From Spirochaetia bacterium (GTDB taxonomy: Bacteria > Spirochaetota > Spirochaetia > CADAEX01): DNA of 64,000 nt. The number at the start of each line of letters is the position of its first letter. The first letter of the stretch is position 1. This document shows positions 27,316 to 36,800 of the stretch, in pieces. Location of the stretch: the NCBI GenBank assembly GCA_024402405.1, contig JAKSTW010000003.1, positions 10,003 through 74,002 on the forward strand. The letters run 5' to 3'. The position numbers were made by a program, and so were the translations under genes. A model generated the notes under the pieces. The model was not told the origin of the DNA, did no database searches, and was given only the letters and a program-made list of their open reading frames with translations.

Positions 27316-28428
27316 ATGAAAATGTTGAGGATAATTATGGACGAAAATATAGTTTTTATCAAAATAAAAGAGGATATGAAAAGGGAGATCAACGGTTTTG
27401 TTGTGAATCCTGATATTCCTCTTCCGGTGGAGAAGCTTGCCGGCAGTGACAACTTCGATCCCGAGCAGCTGTCCTGGGAGATGATCATATCTGCCATGCT
27501 GAAGATTCTGGCTTATGACAGGGATTTTGAGCATGCTGAATACTACCGGCAGTTTGTGAAGGCTGTTAAGCCTGATCTTTTCAATGAGATGACAAAGGTA
27601 GGTATCTATAAGGCTAGCAACAGGAACTTTGATATTGCTGAAGAGATTTTCATGGCTCTGGAAGGGCTGGAACCGGATGATATTCCAAATATCCTGAATC
27701 TGGCCAGATGTTATGAGGAACGTGCCAAATACTGCAGGGAGTCAGGTGATGAATGCTGCGAGGACAAGTACAATGATCTGGCTTATGAGACATATAAGCG
27801 TGCTCTGGATATAGATCCGATGTATCCTGACACTCATTTCTATGCCGGTGCATTCTTCCTGGGGCAGAGCAATTATATCAAGGCCAGGGAACATCTGGCT
27901 GATTATGTTTCCATGGGCAAGGATGATGATAAGAAGAAGGCGGCTCAGGAAGTGATAGATAAGCTGGACAGTCACGATCTGGCTGATAACCTTTTCAAGG
28001 AAGCTTTTGATTTCATCAAGATGGATATGCTGGACAAGGGAATTGCCAGGATCAAGGAATTTATTGCAGACCATGATGATATATGGAACGGATGGTTCGT
28101 CCTTGGCTGGGGTTACAGGAAGGCAGGAAAATATGCTGATGCCAAAGATGCTTTCCTGAAGGCTCAGGAGAATGGCGGTGATTCTGTGGAACTGCTTAAT
28201 GAGCTGGCAGTGTGCTGCATGGAGACCAATGATTATAAATATGCTGAGAAATGTCTGAAAGAAGCGCTGAGAAAAGAACCTGAGAACAGCAGCATCATGA
28301 TAAATTTCGGACTTCTTTCCATGAGAAAAGGGGACAAAGACAGTGCAGAGGGATTTTTCCAGTCTGCCCTGGAGTATGATCCTGATAATAGATATGCCAG
28401 AAAATATCTGGATGAACTGAAAAAATAA
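27316..28428 (+). CDS. TPR-repeat protein
   Basis: Repeated A/Y/L-rich 34-aa helical pairs (e.g. AYETYKRALDIDPMYPDTHFYAGAFF, EKCLKEALRKEPENSSIMINFGLL, FFQSALEYDPDNRYA). The start is uncertain (possibly MDENIV at 27337). Confidence 0.7.
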   Translation: MKMLRIIMDENIVFIKIKEDMKREINGFVVNPDIPLPVEKLAGSDNFDPEQLSWEMIISAMLKILAYDRDFEHAEYYRQFVKAVKPDLFNEMTKVGIYKASNRNFDIAEEIFMALEGLEPDDIPNILNLARCYEERAKYCRESGDECCEDKYNDLAYETYKRALDIDPMYPDTHFYAGAFFLGQSNYIKAREHLADYVSMGKDDDKKKAAQEVIDKLDSHDLADNLFKEAFDFIKMDMLDKGIARIKEFIADHDDIWNGWFVLGWGYRKAGKYADAKDAFLKAQENGGDSVELLNELAVCCMETNDYKYAEKCLKEALRKEPENSSIMINFGLLSMRKGDKDSAEGFFQSALEYDPDNRYARKYLDELKK

Positions 28429-28438
28429 GAGGAAACGG

Positions 28439-29119
28439 ATGAAAAAAATAGGACTGATTGTTGCAATAGAGACAGACTCAATTTTTGCTCATTATAAGAA
28501 TGTGGAGAAGCTTGATTCCCCTTCAGGTTTTGAGCTTTATGTATCTCATAAGGATAACTGCGATCTTTTTATCCTTCATGCCGGAATGGGTGAGGTGGCT
28601 GCGGCGGCAGGCACACAGTATCTGATTTCTGCCTGTCATGTGGAGCTGGTGGTGAATTTCGGTGTTGTCGGCGGACTTACGGAGGATATGGGAAAGCATA
28701 AGATCGTGGTGGTGCAGCGAGTGGTTCATTACCGCTATGATGCCTCTGAGTTCATGGATGTGGTCGTTGGACAGGTTCCTCCGCACAGTGACCTTTATGT
28801 ATATCCTGACAGGAATCTGATGACCCAGGCTCTTATGCTTAATACTGAGCTGATGCCTGTTACCTGTGCATCCGGTGATAAATTCATCTCTTCCGCAGAT
28901 GAGAAAAAAAGCATACATGATCGTTTCAGTGCTGATATATGTGAGATGGAGGCTGCAGGAATAGTGCTGACCTGTGAGGTCAATGATGTGCCATGTCTGC
29001 TGCTGAAGGCTGTCTCTGACGGGCTGACTGGCGGTGCAGGCGAATTCTACAGCGAACTGCAGAAAGCTGCCCTCAGCTGCCTCCAGGTGACTGATAAGAT
29101 CATCGAAGGCATTGTCTGA
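28439..29119 (+). CDS. second PNP_UDP_1-family nucleosidase/phosphorylase paralog
   Basis: HAGMGEVAAA, NFGVVGGL, CEMEAAGIVL and LKAVSDG fit the Pfs-like fold but are divergent from the 2501-3202 copy. Confidence 0.6.
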   Translation: MKKIGLIVAIETDSIFAHYKNVEKLDSPSGFELYVSHKDNCDLFILHAGMGEVAAAAGTQYLISACHVELVVNFGVVGGLTEDMGKHKIVVVQRVVHYRYDASEFMDVVVGQVPPHSDLYVYPDRNLMTQALMLNTELMPVTCASGDKFISSADEKKSIHDRFSADICEMEAAGIVLTCEVNDVPCLLLKAVSDGLTGGAGEFYSELQKAALSCLQVTDKIIEGIV

Positions 29120-29138
29120 GGGTTATTGAATAAAAGGA

Positions 29139-30404
29139 TCAGCGTATTTTCTGGGATTCCAGATAATAGCGCTTCTCATAGGATTCTCCGATGGAGAATG
29201 TCTTCCTTGGGTATACACCCTTTGTTGAGAGCCGTCTGAAGAATGTCTTCTTGCTGATTTCAGGCAAAAGGAATCCGATGGCGGCATCTTTCTGGGCCAG
29301 TTCCTCCAGGTCTTTCTCTCCATGGATGTAGTCGATGGATGCAGATGCATTCTCTTTCATGTATTTATCCAGGAAATTCTGAAGTTCCTCGGCTGCCAGA
29401 ATATTATCTCCCTCCAGTGTGATGACCATAGCCTTATCCTTTGTGACTGCATAGATCTCCATAGGATCCTCGGATGCTTTCAGCTGGCATCTGCATACTT
29501 CCCTCACTGAACATTTAAGCTCTCTCTTAAGGGCATCCATAAGAGCGCATGTGTCCACACCGAACATGACCTTGTGTATAGGGTGGAATATGATTCCCGG
29601 GCTGTTGATATTGACAACTTCTGCCATTGCCCATCTGGCAGGATGGTCTGATACGCCCTTTGCCTTGATTGCTTCCCATGTGTTCTTTGCGGCTGCCAGT
29701 GAGTGATTTCCGTCACCCATGGCGAAAAGAGGATGGTTCTTTGCTTTGAGTGCCAGAAATTTTTCAGTTATTGATCTCATGGCAGGATCTGTAGCCGGAA
29801 TATGCCAGCCCCGGAGGTGTCCTCCATTCTGCATGAGCTTGAAGTCATATATTTTCTTGAAGCTGTCTCTCTGGCTGTAAAGAGTCTCTATCAGCTGTTC
29901 ATCATGATCGTCAATGAATACCAGAATATGAGGCATATCAAGTGCGGCGCCCTGTCTGATCTTGACTCTTACAGGAAGTCTTTCCACAACTGTTTTTTCT
30001 GTAGGCTGGATAAGGCTGTCTGTGCCCACGCTGTAATCATACTGATCCAGATCCAGGTTCACCAGAAGACCGATGCGGGCAGGACTGAAGTCTGTCTCCC
30101 TTTCTACAAGCATGAATCCGGCAGGAAGCTTCTGAAGTGTGCCGTCAGCAAGGTATTTATCCATGGTTTTATTGATTTCTGGAATTGTCTTGTCCAGATC
30201 GACTTCTTTCAGGTATACCTCCGGAAGGAAGAGATTCAGTGTGGAAGGACTGCCGCATGCGATTTCCTTGGTCTCTGCCCAGTATTTTTTGTTGGAGGTG
30301 AACTGATCACCGGCAATTACTGCCCATTTCTCAAATGTGGTCTTTGTCTGATCCGGGACATATATCTCAGGAATTCCTACTCCTGCGGTTTTAAGTGTAT
30401 CCAA
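29139..30404 (-). CDS. hypothetical protein, possibly DUF1015-like
   Basis: 421 aa. MGDGNHSLAAAK resembles the DGHHR block of DUF1015, but the N-terminus does not match what I remember of that family. Confidence 0.35.
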   Translation of the reverse strand: MDTLKTAGVGIPEIYVPDQTKTTFEKWAVIAGDQFTSNKKYWAETKEIACGSPSTLNLFLPEVYLKEVDLDKTIPEINKTMDKYLADGTLQKLPAGFMLVERETDFSPARIGLLVNLDLDQYDYSVGTDSLIQPTEKTVVERLPVRVKIRQGAALDMPHILVFIDDHDEQLIETLYSQRDSFKKIYDFKLMQNGGHLRGWHIPATDPAMRSITEKFLALKAKNHPLFAMGDGNHSLAAAKNTWEAIKAKGVSDHPARWAMAEVVNINSPGIIFHPIHKVMFGVDTCALMDALKRELKCSVREVCRCQLKASEDPMEIYAVTKDKAMVITLEGDNILAAEELQNFLDKYMKENASASIDYIHGEKDLEELAQKDAAIGFLLPEISKKTFFRRLSTKGVYPRKTFSIGESYEKRYYLESQKIR

Positions 30405-30428
30405 TTTCTTCTCCTTATTATAAATCTC

Positions 30429-30827
30429 TCATAAAGTTCCCAGGGAAAAATCTCCCAGGAGCTTACAATGATTACCATCTTTTTTTAATATAAGCTTTCT
30501 TCCAGGAAAATAAACAGGGAGAAGCTCTTTTATTTTTTTAGCAGTATCCCTATAAATATTATAACGTATTTCATAAGGTACAGATTCCAGAGTCTTGATC
30601 TCGATATTTATCAGATACCCTCTGCCGAACTCAGATCCGTATCCTGGCGTGAAATCAGCCCGGATCCCGAAAAGTCCATCTGCCTGTGGGTTTGCTGTTT
30701 CACCGCGTTTAGGTCTGGCCGGGTGAAGTGGGTAATCTGAGCCATATTTATCTTCAATAAATTTATCGACTTCATCCAGCATTTTTTTCATCTGGTCATC
30801 GAATTCGATCATTTTTGGGTGAAACAT
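30429..30827 (-). CDS. hypothetical protein (132 aa)
   Basis: Intact ORF downstream of the preceding gene on the same strand. No motif recognised. Confidence 0.45.
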   Translation of the reverse strand: MFHPKMIEFDDQMKKMLDEVDKFIEDKYGSDYPLHPARPKRGETANPQADGLFGIRADFTPGYGSEFGRGYLINIEIKTLESVPYEIRYNIYRDTAKKIKELLPVYFPGRKLILKKDGNHCKLLGDFSLGTL

Positions 30828-30891
30828 GAATATATTATATCATAAAATGGGATGACTTGATACTATTTTTTCATAAGATTATATTTTATTT

Positions 30892-31383
30892 ATGTGTGAT
30901 GAAATGCTTCTTCTTGTGGATGAGAATGGGAATCCTGTGGGATCTGCTCCCAGAAAAAAATGTCATTCTGACAACAGTCTGATCCAGCTGGTTGTCCATC
31001 TGGAAATATTCAATTCAAAAGGGGAGATTTATCTCCAGAAGAGATCTCCGTTCAAAGATATGTATCCTGACAGATGGGATACAGCGGTAGGTGGTCATGT
31101 CCGTGCCGGGGAAGATCCTTTTCTTGCTCTGGTCCGGGAGGCCCGTGAAGAGATAGGCATAGATGCGAGTGAGGCAAAATTCTTCACTAAATTCCTGCAC
31201 AGATGTCCTGCTGAGTCTGAAGTGTGCTTTTTGTATACAATGACTTATGACGGTGAGTTTGCCATAGATCATGATGAGGTGGTGGATGGCAGATTTTTTA
31301 CTATGGATGAGATCAGATCCAGACTTGGAACAGGATTTTTTACCGGTAATTTTGAGAAAGAGATAAAACTGTTCGAAAAATAA
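30892..31383 (+). CDS. NUDIX hydrolase
   Basis: Nudix box GGHVRAGEDPFLALVREAREEIGI. Confidence 0.85.
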   Translation: MCDEMLLLVDENGNPVGSAPRKKCHSDNSLIQLVVHLEIFNSKGEIYLQKRSPFKDMYPDRWDTAVGGHVRAGEDPFLALVREAREEIGIDASEAKFFTKFLHRCPAESEVCFLYTMTYDGEFAIDHDEVVDGRFFTMDEIRSRLGTGFFTGNFEKEIKLFEK

Positions 31384-31455
31384 AATAAAAATTTCTCCAT
31401 GTGTCATTATTTGACACACCACCTGTTTTAAGATGGTGAAAAATGGAGGATAAAT

Positions 31456-31563
31456 ATGTTTACATTTACAGTTTTTTTCATGATGTTTGCAGGACTGGCT
31501 TTGGTATCTGCCATCGCAGTGCCTGTTTTCTGCAGCGGTAAGACTGATTCTCCGGAGGATTGA
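31456..31563 (+). CDS. candidate 35-aa hydrophobic small protein upstream of the MATE gene
   Basis: GGAGGA at 31445-31450, 5 nt before the ATG. MFTFTVFFMMFAGLALVSAIAVPVFCSGKTDSPED is a signal-peptide or lipobox-like sequence. Below the track's size cut-off. Confidence 0.35.
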   Translation: MFTFTVFFMMFAGLALVSAIAVPVFCSGKTDSPED

Positions 31564-31595
31564 CTTAATTTTTTATTAAAACTAAAATTTTAGCG

Positions 31596-32993
31596 ATGGA
31601 ATCTTCTACTTATTCTACAGACCGTATTGGTGTTGAAAATATAAGGCATCTGCTTATAACGTTCTCTGTTCCTGCCATTGTTGGAATGCTGGTGAGCGCT
31701 CTCTATAATATTGTTGACCGTATCTTTGTCGGGCAGGGAGTGGGACCTGAGGGTCTGGCCTCAATTGCTGTGACCATGCCTATACTTATGACGAATATGG
31801 CTTTCTCTGTGATTGTTGGAGTCGGTGCCAATGCCCTTTTTTCCATAAAGCTGGGAGAGGGACGGCGGGATATGGTGGAGAGGATCATGGGAAATGCCTT
31901 TCTCATGCTTTTCCTCATTCCGCTGCTGGTCATAATTCCGGTGCTTCTGTTTACAGAGCCGCTGCTGCGCTTTATCGGAGTGACTCCGGCGCTGATGCCT
32001 TATGCAGTGAAATATACCAGAATTCTGATGTATGGCGGTGTCTTTGCGGCAATGAGTCCCGGCATAAACCATTTTATCAGATCCGATGGACATCCGAAGA
32101 CATCCATGTTCACACAGCTGCTGGGTGCAGTCCTTAATACGATTCTTGATCCTATCTTCATCTTTGTGTTCCACTGGGGGATCGAGGGTGCTGCCTGGGC
32201 TACTGTGATCGCACAGACTGCATCTTTTGTATGGGTCATGTACTATTTCAATTCACCTCTGACCAAACTGCGCTTCAGGATCCGTGCCATGAAGCCTGAT
32301 TTCAGACTGGATCTGTCTATTCTTGCAATAGGTTTTGCCCCTTTTGCCATGCATATGGCGATGAATGTCATGAACCTGGCTCTGAACAAAAATCTGCTTC
32401 AGTATGGCGGTGATATTGCGGTGGCAGCCATGGGTGTGGTTTACAGTGTGGTGATAGTCATAATGATGCCGCTCCAGGGTCTGAACCAGGGTGCGCAGCC
32501 TATAATAGGTTTCAACTATGGGGCCAGAAAGTATGACAGAGTGATAACTACTTATAGACTTGCAGTTATTTATGCCACGGTTTTTGTCTGTACAGGAACT
32601 GCGATAATAGAGCTTTTCCCTGATCTGTGTGTCAGACTGTTCAACAGTGAGAGCACTGAGCTCATGGATCTTGGAGCCAAAGCTCTGAGAATATGTTCAT
32701 GCATGGTGCCGATCATTGGTTTCCAGGTGATTACATCCAACTTTTTCCAGGCTGTGGGCAAACCTCTTCAGAGCACTTTTCTGAGTCTTTCCAGACAGTT
32801 TCTGATACTGATTCCGCTGATTTATATTCTGCCTAAGTTTTTCGGTGTCATGGGTGTCTACTGTGCGCTTCCTGTGGCTGATTTCCTCTCTGCTATCATT
32901 GCCTCACTGCTGATGTTCTTTGAGATGAAATCACTTAAGAGGCTGATGAAGAAGCAGCAGACTGAAATTTCAGAAGAACAGTCTCACAGCTGA
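31596..32993 (+). CDS. MATE-family efflux transporter
   Basis: 465 aa, 12 predicted TM helices, with a typical MATE N-terminus (LLITFSVPAIVGMLVSALYNIVDRIFVGQ). Confidence 0.85.
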   Translation: MESSTYSTDRIGVENIRHLLITFSVPAIVGMLVSALYNIVDRIFVGQGVGPEGLASIAVTMPILMTNMAFSVIVGVGANALFSIKLGEGRRDMVERIMGNAFLMLFLIPLLVIIPVLLFTEPLLRFIGVTPALMPYAVKYTRILMYGGVFAAMSPGINHFIRSDGHPKTSMFTQLLGAVLNTILDPIFIFVFHWGIEGAAWATVIAQTASFVWVMYYFNSPLTKLRFRIRAMKPDFRLDLSILAIGFAPFAMHMAMNVMNLALNKNLLQYGGDIAVAAMGVVYSVVIVIMMPLQGLNQGAQPIIGFNYGARKYDRVITTYRLAVIYATVFVCTGTAIIELFPDLCVRLFNSESTELMDLGAKALRICSCMVPIIGFQVITSNFFQAVGKPLQSTFLSLSRQFLILIPLIYILPKFFGVMGVYCALPVADFLSAIIASLLMFFEMKSLKRLMKKQQTEISEEQSHS

Positions 32994-33725
32994 CAGGAAC
33001 GAAATTATTATGATAAAAATCCTGTAGAACTTTGTGGTGAAGTGCTTCACTATCAGCAGTCCCAGGAAAATTCCCAGTGCCAGAACAGGTATCAGTGTCA
33101 GGTTTGCCAGGAATGATGTCATGGAAATATTGTGCCATACGAAAAAATACATAGGCAGCTTGCATATATTGACCATGAAGAAGAAATAGGAAGATGTTCC
33201 TATGAGTTTATCCTTAGGCAGGTTCAGCAACAGGAGGAATGCGAGTATCACAGGTCCGCCTGAGGCACCCAGCATGGATGCCAGTCCTGTGAAGAATGCG
33301 AAGGACAGCCCCAGTATGAGGGTGGCTTTAGGGTTCTCTATATGCTTTTTCTTGAGGTCGTTATAAAGGATGAAGCACAGGCTGATTATTATGATGACAC
33401 CTACTATGCATTTAAATGCCGGCACTGAAAGGTGCTTTCCGATGGCCGTTCCCAGTATGATTCCCAGGATAGCTCCGGGGAATGAGCGTTTCAGGATATT
33501 CCAGTCGGCGCTTCTCTTGTAATAGGTTATGGAGAAAATATCAGATATGATCACCATCGGCAGCATATATCCCATGGCCTGCATAGGACCCAGTGCGGAT
33601 ATGACGAATGGTATTATCGGCATGTTTATGGTTCTGATGCCTGCACGTTCAAAGCCCATAAAAAGTCCATATAATGCCAGAAACAGGAACTGTATGCCAG
33701 TCAGCCCGAAAAGTGTAGATTCCAT
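32970..33725 (-). CDS. TauE/SafE-family anion exporter
   Basis: 251 aa polytopic membrane protein with Gly-rich TM motifs (LGASGGPVILAF). 24-nt convergent overlap with the MATE 3' end. Confidence 0.7.
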   Translation of the reverse strand: MESTLFGLTGIQFLFLALYGLFMGFERAGIRTINMPIIPFVISALGPMQAMGYMLPMVIISDIFSITYYKRSADWNILKRSFPGAILGIILGTAIGKHLSVPAFKCIVGVIIIISLCFILYNDLKKKHIENPKATLILGLSFAFFTGLASMLGASGGPVILAFLLLLNLPKDKLIGTSSYFFFMVNICKLPMYFFVWHNISMTSFLANLTLIPVLALGIFLGLLIVKHFTTKFYRIFIIIISFLSAVRLFF

Positions 33726-33839
33726 ATTATTTCCTCTTTAGTGGAATTATAGACCTAAAATATCTGCAATGCAAGATATTTTAACTTATATTTAACATGA
33801 ATGAGCCAGCTTGCCAAATGATGGAGGTTATGAAATTAT

Positions 33840-36800
33840 ATGAATATGAGTACACTTGAATCTTTTTACTTTCCCTATGGAAAAATGATATCTCCCGATG
33901 ATGTTTCCAATTCTGTTTTTATCATACCTAAAAAATATGATAAGGCTAAGATCCGTCTGACAGTGAAGAAGCTTATGGCATCCCATGGATGCACTTCCAT
34001 AATGCTTCCTGAAATGAAGACTCTGTTCGAGATCGCCATGGAAAAGACAGGGACAGCCAAGGGAAGTGTCATTATGAAGGATGACTTCCAGTATCTGCTG
34101 GATCAGATTCCGGGACTTCCTGATAAGTTCAGAGGAGAGAATGATGGATATAAAAGTGCCATATTCTCGCTGCTCAATGAGATGGCTTTCCATGATGAAC
34201 AGCTGGATTCATATCCTTTCTATGGCACAGTGTACTCTGCCGGTCTGGATCGGAATATGTGCGGACGGATATTTTCTGCTGTCAGGGAACGGGGATTCAT
34301 ATTCAGGGCTGAGATCTACAGGCTTGCACTGGAAGAAATAAAGAAAGGTCATGACAATCACCGATATTTTCTCATTCCTGGAGAATATTACACACAGCTG
34401 GAGCAGTCTGTGCTGGAGAGCCTGGGTGTTTCAGTTCTTGGTCATGACAGCTGTGACAGAGCTTGCCATGGAATATCTCCTGAAAATGTGAGATTTCTCA
34501 GAGCCGGTTCTGTCATGGAACAGTATTCAGAGGTCAGAAATCACATTCTGGCGATGATGGAGAAGGACAGTACTTTGCGGCTGGATGACTTCTGCCTGGT
34601 GACAGGTGACTCCGGATCTCTGCGCAGATGCACAGCATATTTTTCATCCACCGGTATGCACTGCATTTCATCGGCATCCGTGTCTGCTGACACTTCACTT
34701 ACAGATGCACTTAATCTGGTCTTTTATGCGCTGAACAATGATACAGAGAAACTTGTTCTTTATTACAACAGACATAACGCTGATAAAGTCCTTTATGACA
34801 GTTCCTATGAATTTCCCGTGCTTTTCAGATTCTGCGGCGATCTTGCGGAAGATAAGCTTGGAAATAAATTGCTTAAAAATAATATCAGTTTCCGAAAGTG
34901 GATCACAGGATTCAGCAGAATTGAAAACAGGAAAGGTTCTGTGGAAGAAGATCTTAATTATCTTGATGATACTGTAAGACGGCTTGGTTTCTCCGATGTC
35001 AGCCTCTATGAATATAGATCTTCATTTGAACAGATCTTCGGAGAGAATAAGATCGAGCTGAGAGATATGGTGGACTATTTCCGTGAGATCCTGTCCGGAA
35101 GAAAGAAAAACATGGTTTCCAGTCTGAATGATGGGGTGGTCCTTGTCAGCCAGGGAGAATATATTCCGCCGTGCCGTTATATTTATTTCGCAGATCTGGA
35201 GGAAAATACATTTCTTAAGGATAAGATGCCGAATCTCCTGCTGTCTGCTGATGAGCATGATGAGTTCAACCATCTGGTCTACGGTTCTACAAAAGAAGAG
35301 CATCTTATAAAATATTTCCAGACTGGAACAGCTGATTCCGACCATATTGTGTTTGTGATACCTGATTATGATGAGGGCACTGTGGTTTCCGAGCATGTGG
35401 AGAATATCCTGAAGCTGTTCCCTTCCAAGGAATGCCAGGTTCGGGTTATCGGCAGCCGGATTCCTGAGTTCCGTCATGACTTCACCAGAACTTTCAGTGA
35501 TATCGGCTGGGACAATGTGATGCCTGATAAGATCAGAAAAAATCGTGTGACTGGTGACATGAATTTCATATCCAGAATAAATTCCGATGGAATGGATCAG
35601 AATGCTGCCATGGATCTTGTCCTGCACAAGCTTTCCAGTGTCACCAGGATAGAGGCTTTCATGTGGTGTCCTGCAAAATTTGCCTATGATATTCAGATGC
35701 AGGATGTTGCTCTTCAGAATGAGAAATATTTTGATTCGGGCAAGGCATTCCATCTGTTCTGCGAGAGATTTTTCGGGAAAAAGAATATCAGAATATTTGA
35801 TTTCAAAAAAGCTGAGCTGGAAGCAGAAGTTTCAGCATATCTGATGGGAGAACCTTGCAGCAATGCTCTGAGCACATATTTTGACTGCATTGGAGTCCGT
35901 GATATTTTCAGGGAAGTGCAGACCCGTTATTCAGGACTTGAGCTTAAGGATACTGACCTGAAAAAATATCTGATGTTTGTATGCCAGTGTATGAAAAACA
36001 AGATGAAGGACTGTGACAGTGAGTCTATCCGGAGCGAAGTTTTCATCGGAAATGCCAGGATGATGGACAGCCCTGATATCGTTGTTGCAGAGGGATATAT
36101 CGACCTGATGTTCAGGACGAATACAGGAGATATTGTTCTGCTGGATCTCAAGTCCGGCAATATTTCCAAATACAATGAAGATGTGGCTGCTTTCTCAAAT
36201 GTACAGCTTCTGCTGTACAGTCATATTGTGGAGAATGCGGTTCGTACAGGTGATTATTCCGTGTTTTGCCCGGCTGACAGTCAGCAAATAAAAGAAGGAA
36301 AATGCATTCTGGAAAATGATTATTTTAGGAAAAGCCGTACTGATGCCGCAGTGGATGCCTGCTATGTGTCGCCGAAAGCTGATGGTATGTATATATGCCG
36401 TTCCGGCATAGCCGAAGGATATGATGATCCGTTTGAGAGTTTTGCCGAGAAGTTCAGAAAGCTTCTGGATGACGCCGGCAGGAACATATTCACTCCTATG
36501 TGCAATTCTGGCTGTGATTACTGTGCATTGCGTCCGTTCTGTCCTGACAGTGAGAACCTTCAGAGCCTGGACAGTGTTTATGAGCAGCTGGACTGGCATG
36601 GACCTTTCATGCAGGATTATCCTGAACTGCCGCGGCATACCGCAGAAAGTGCCGGAACTGATGACATGGTCAGTATAATTCAGTTCTCTGAAAAAGAGAA
36701 AGTCCAGGCCATATCGGATTTTGACCATGACATCATTATTTCTGCCGGAGCCGGAGCGGGAAAGACAGAAGTGCTGACCACCAGGTATCTGAATATCCTG

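Noticed and set aside
33797-33859. 20-codon upstream ORF overlapping the start of the AddBA-like gene
   Set aside because: It has no SD and unremarkable sequence. It probably reflects uncertainty in the true start (ATG 33840 versus 33846) rather than a regulatory uORF.
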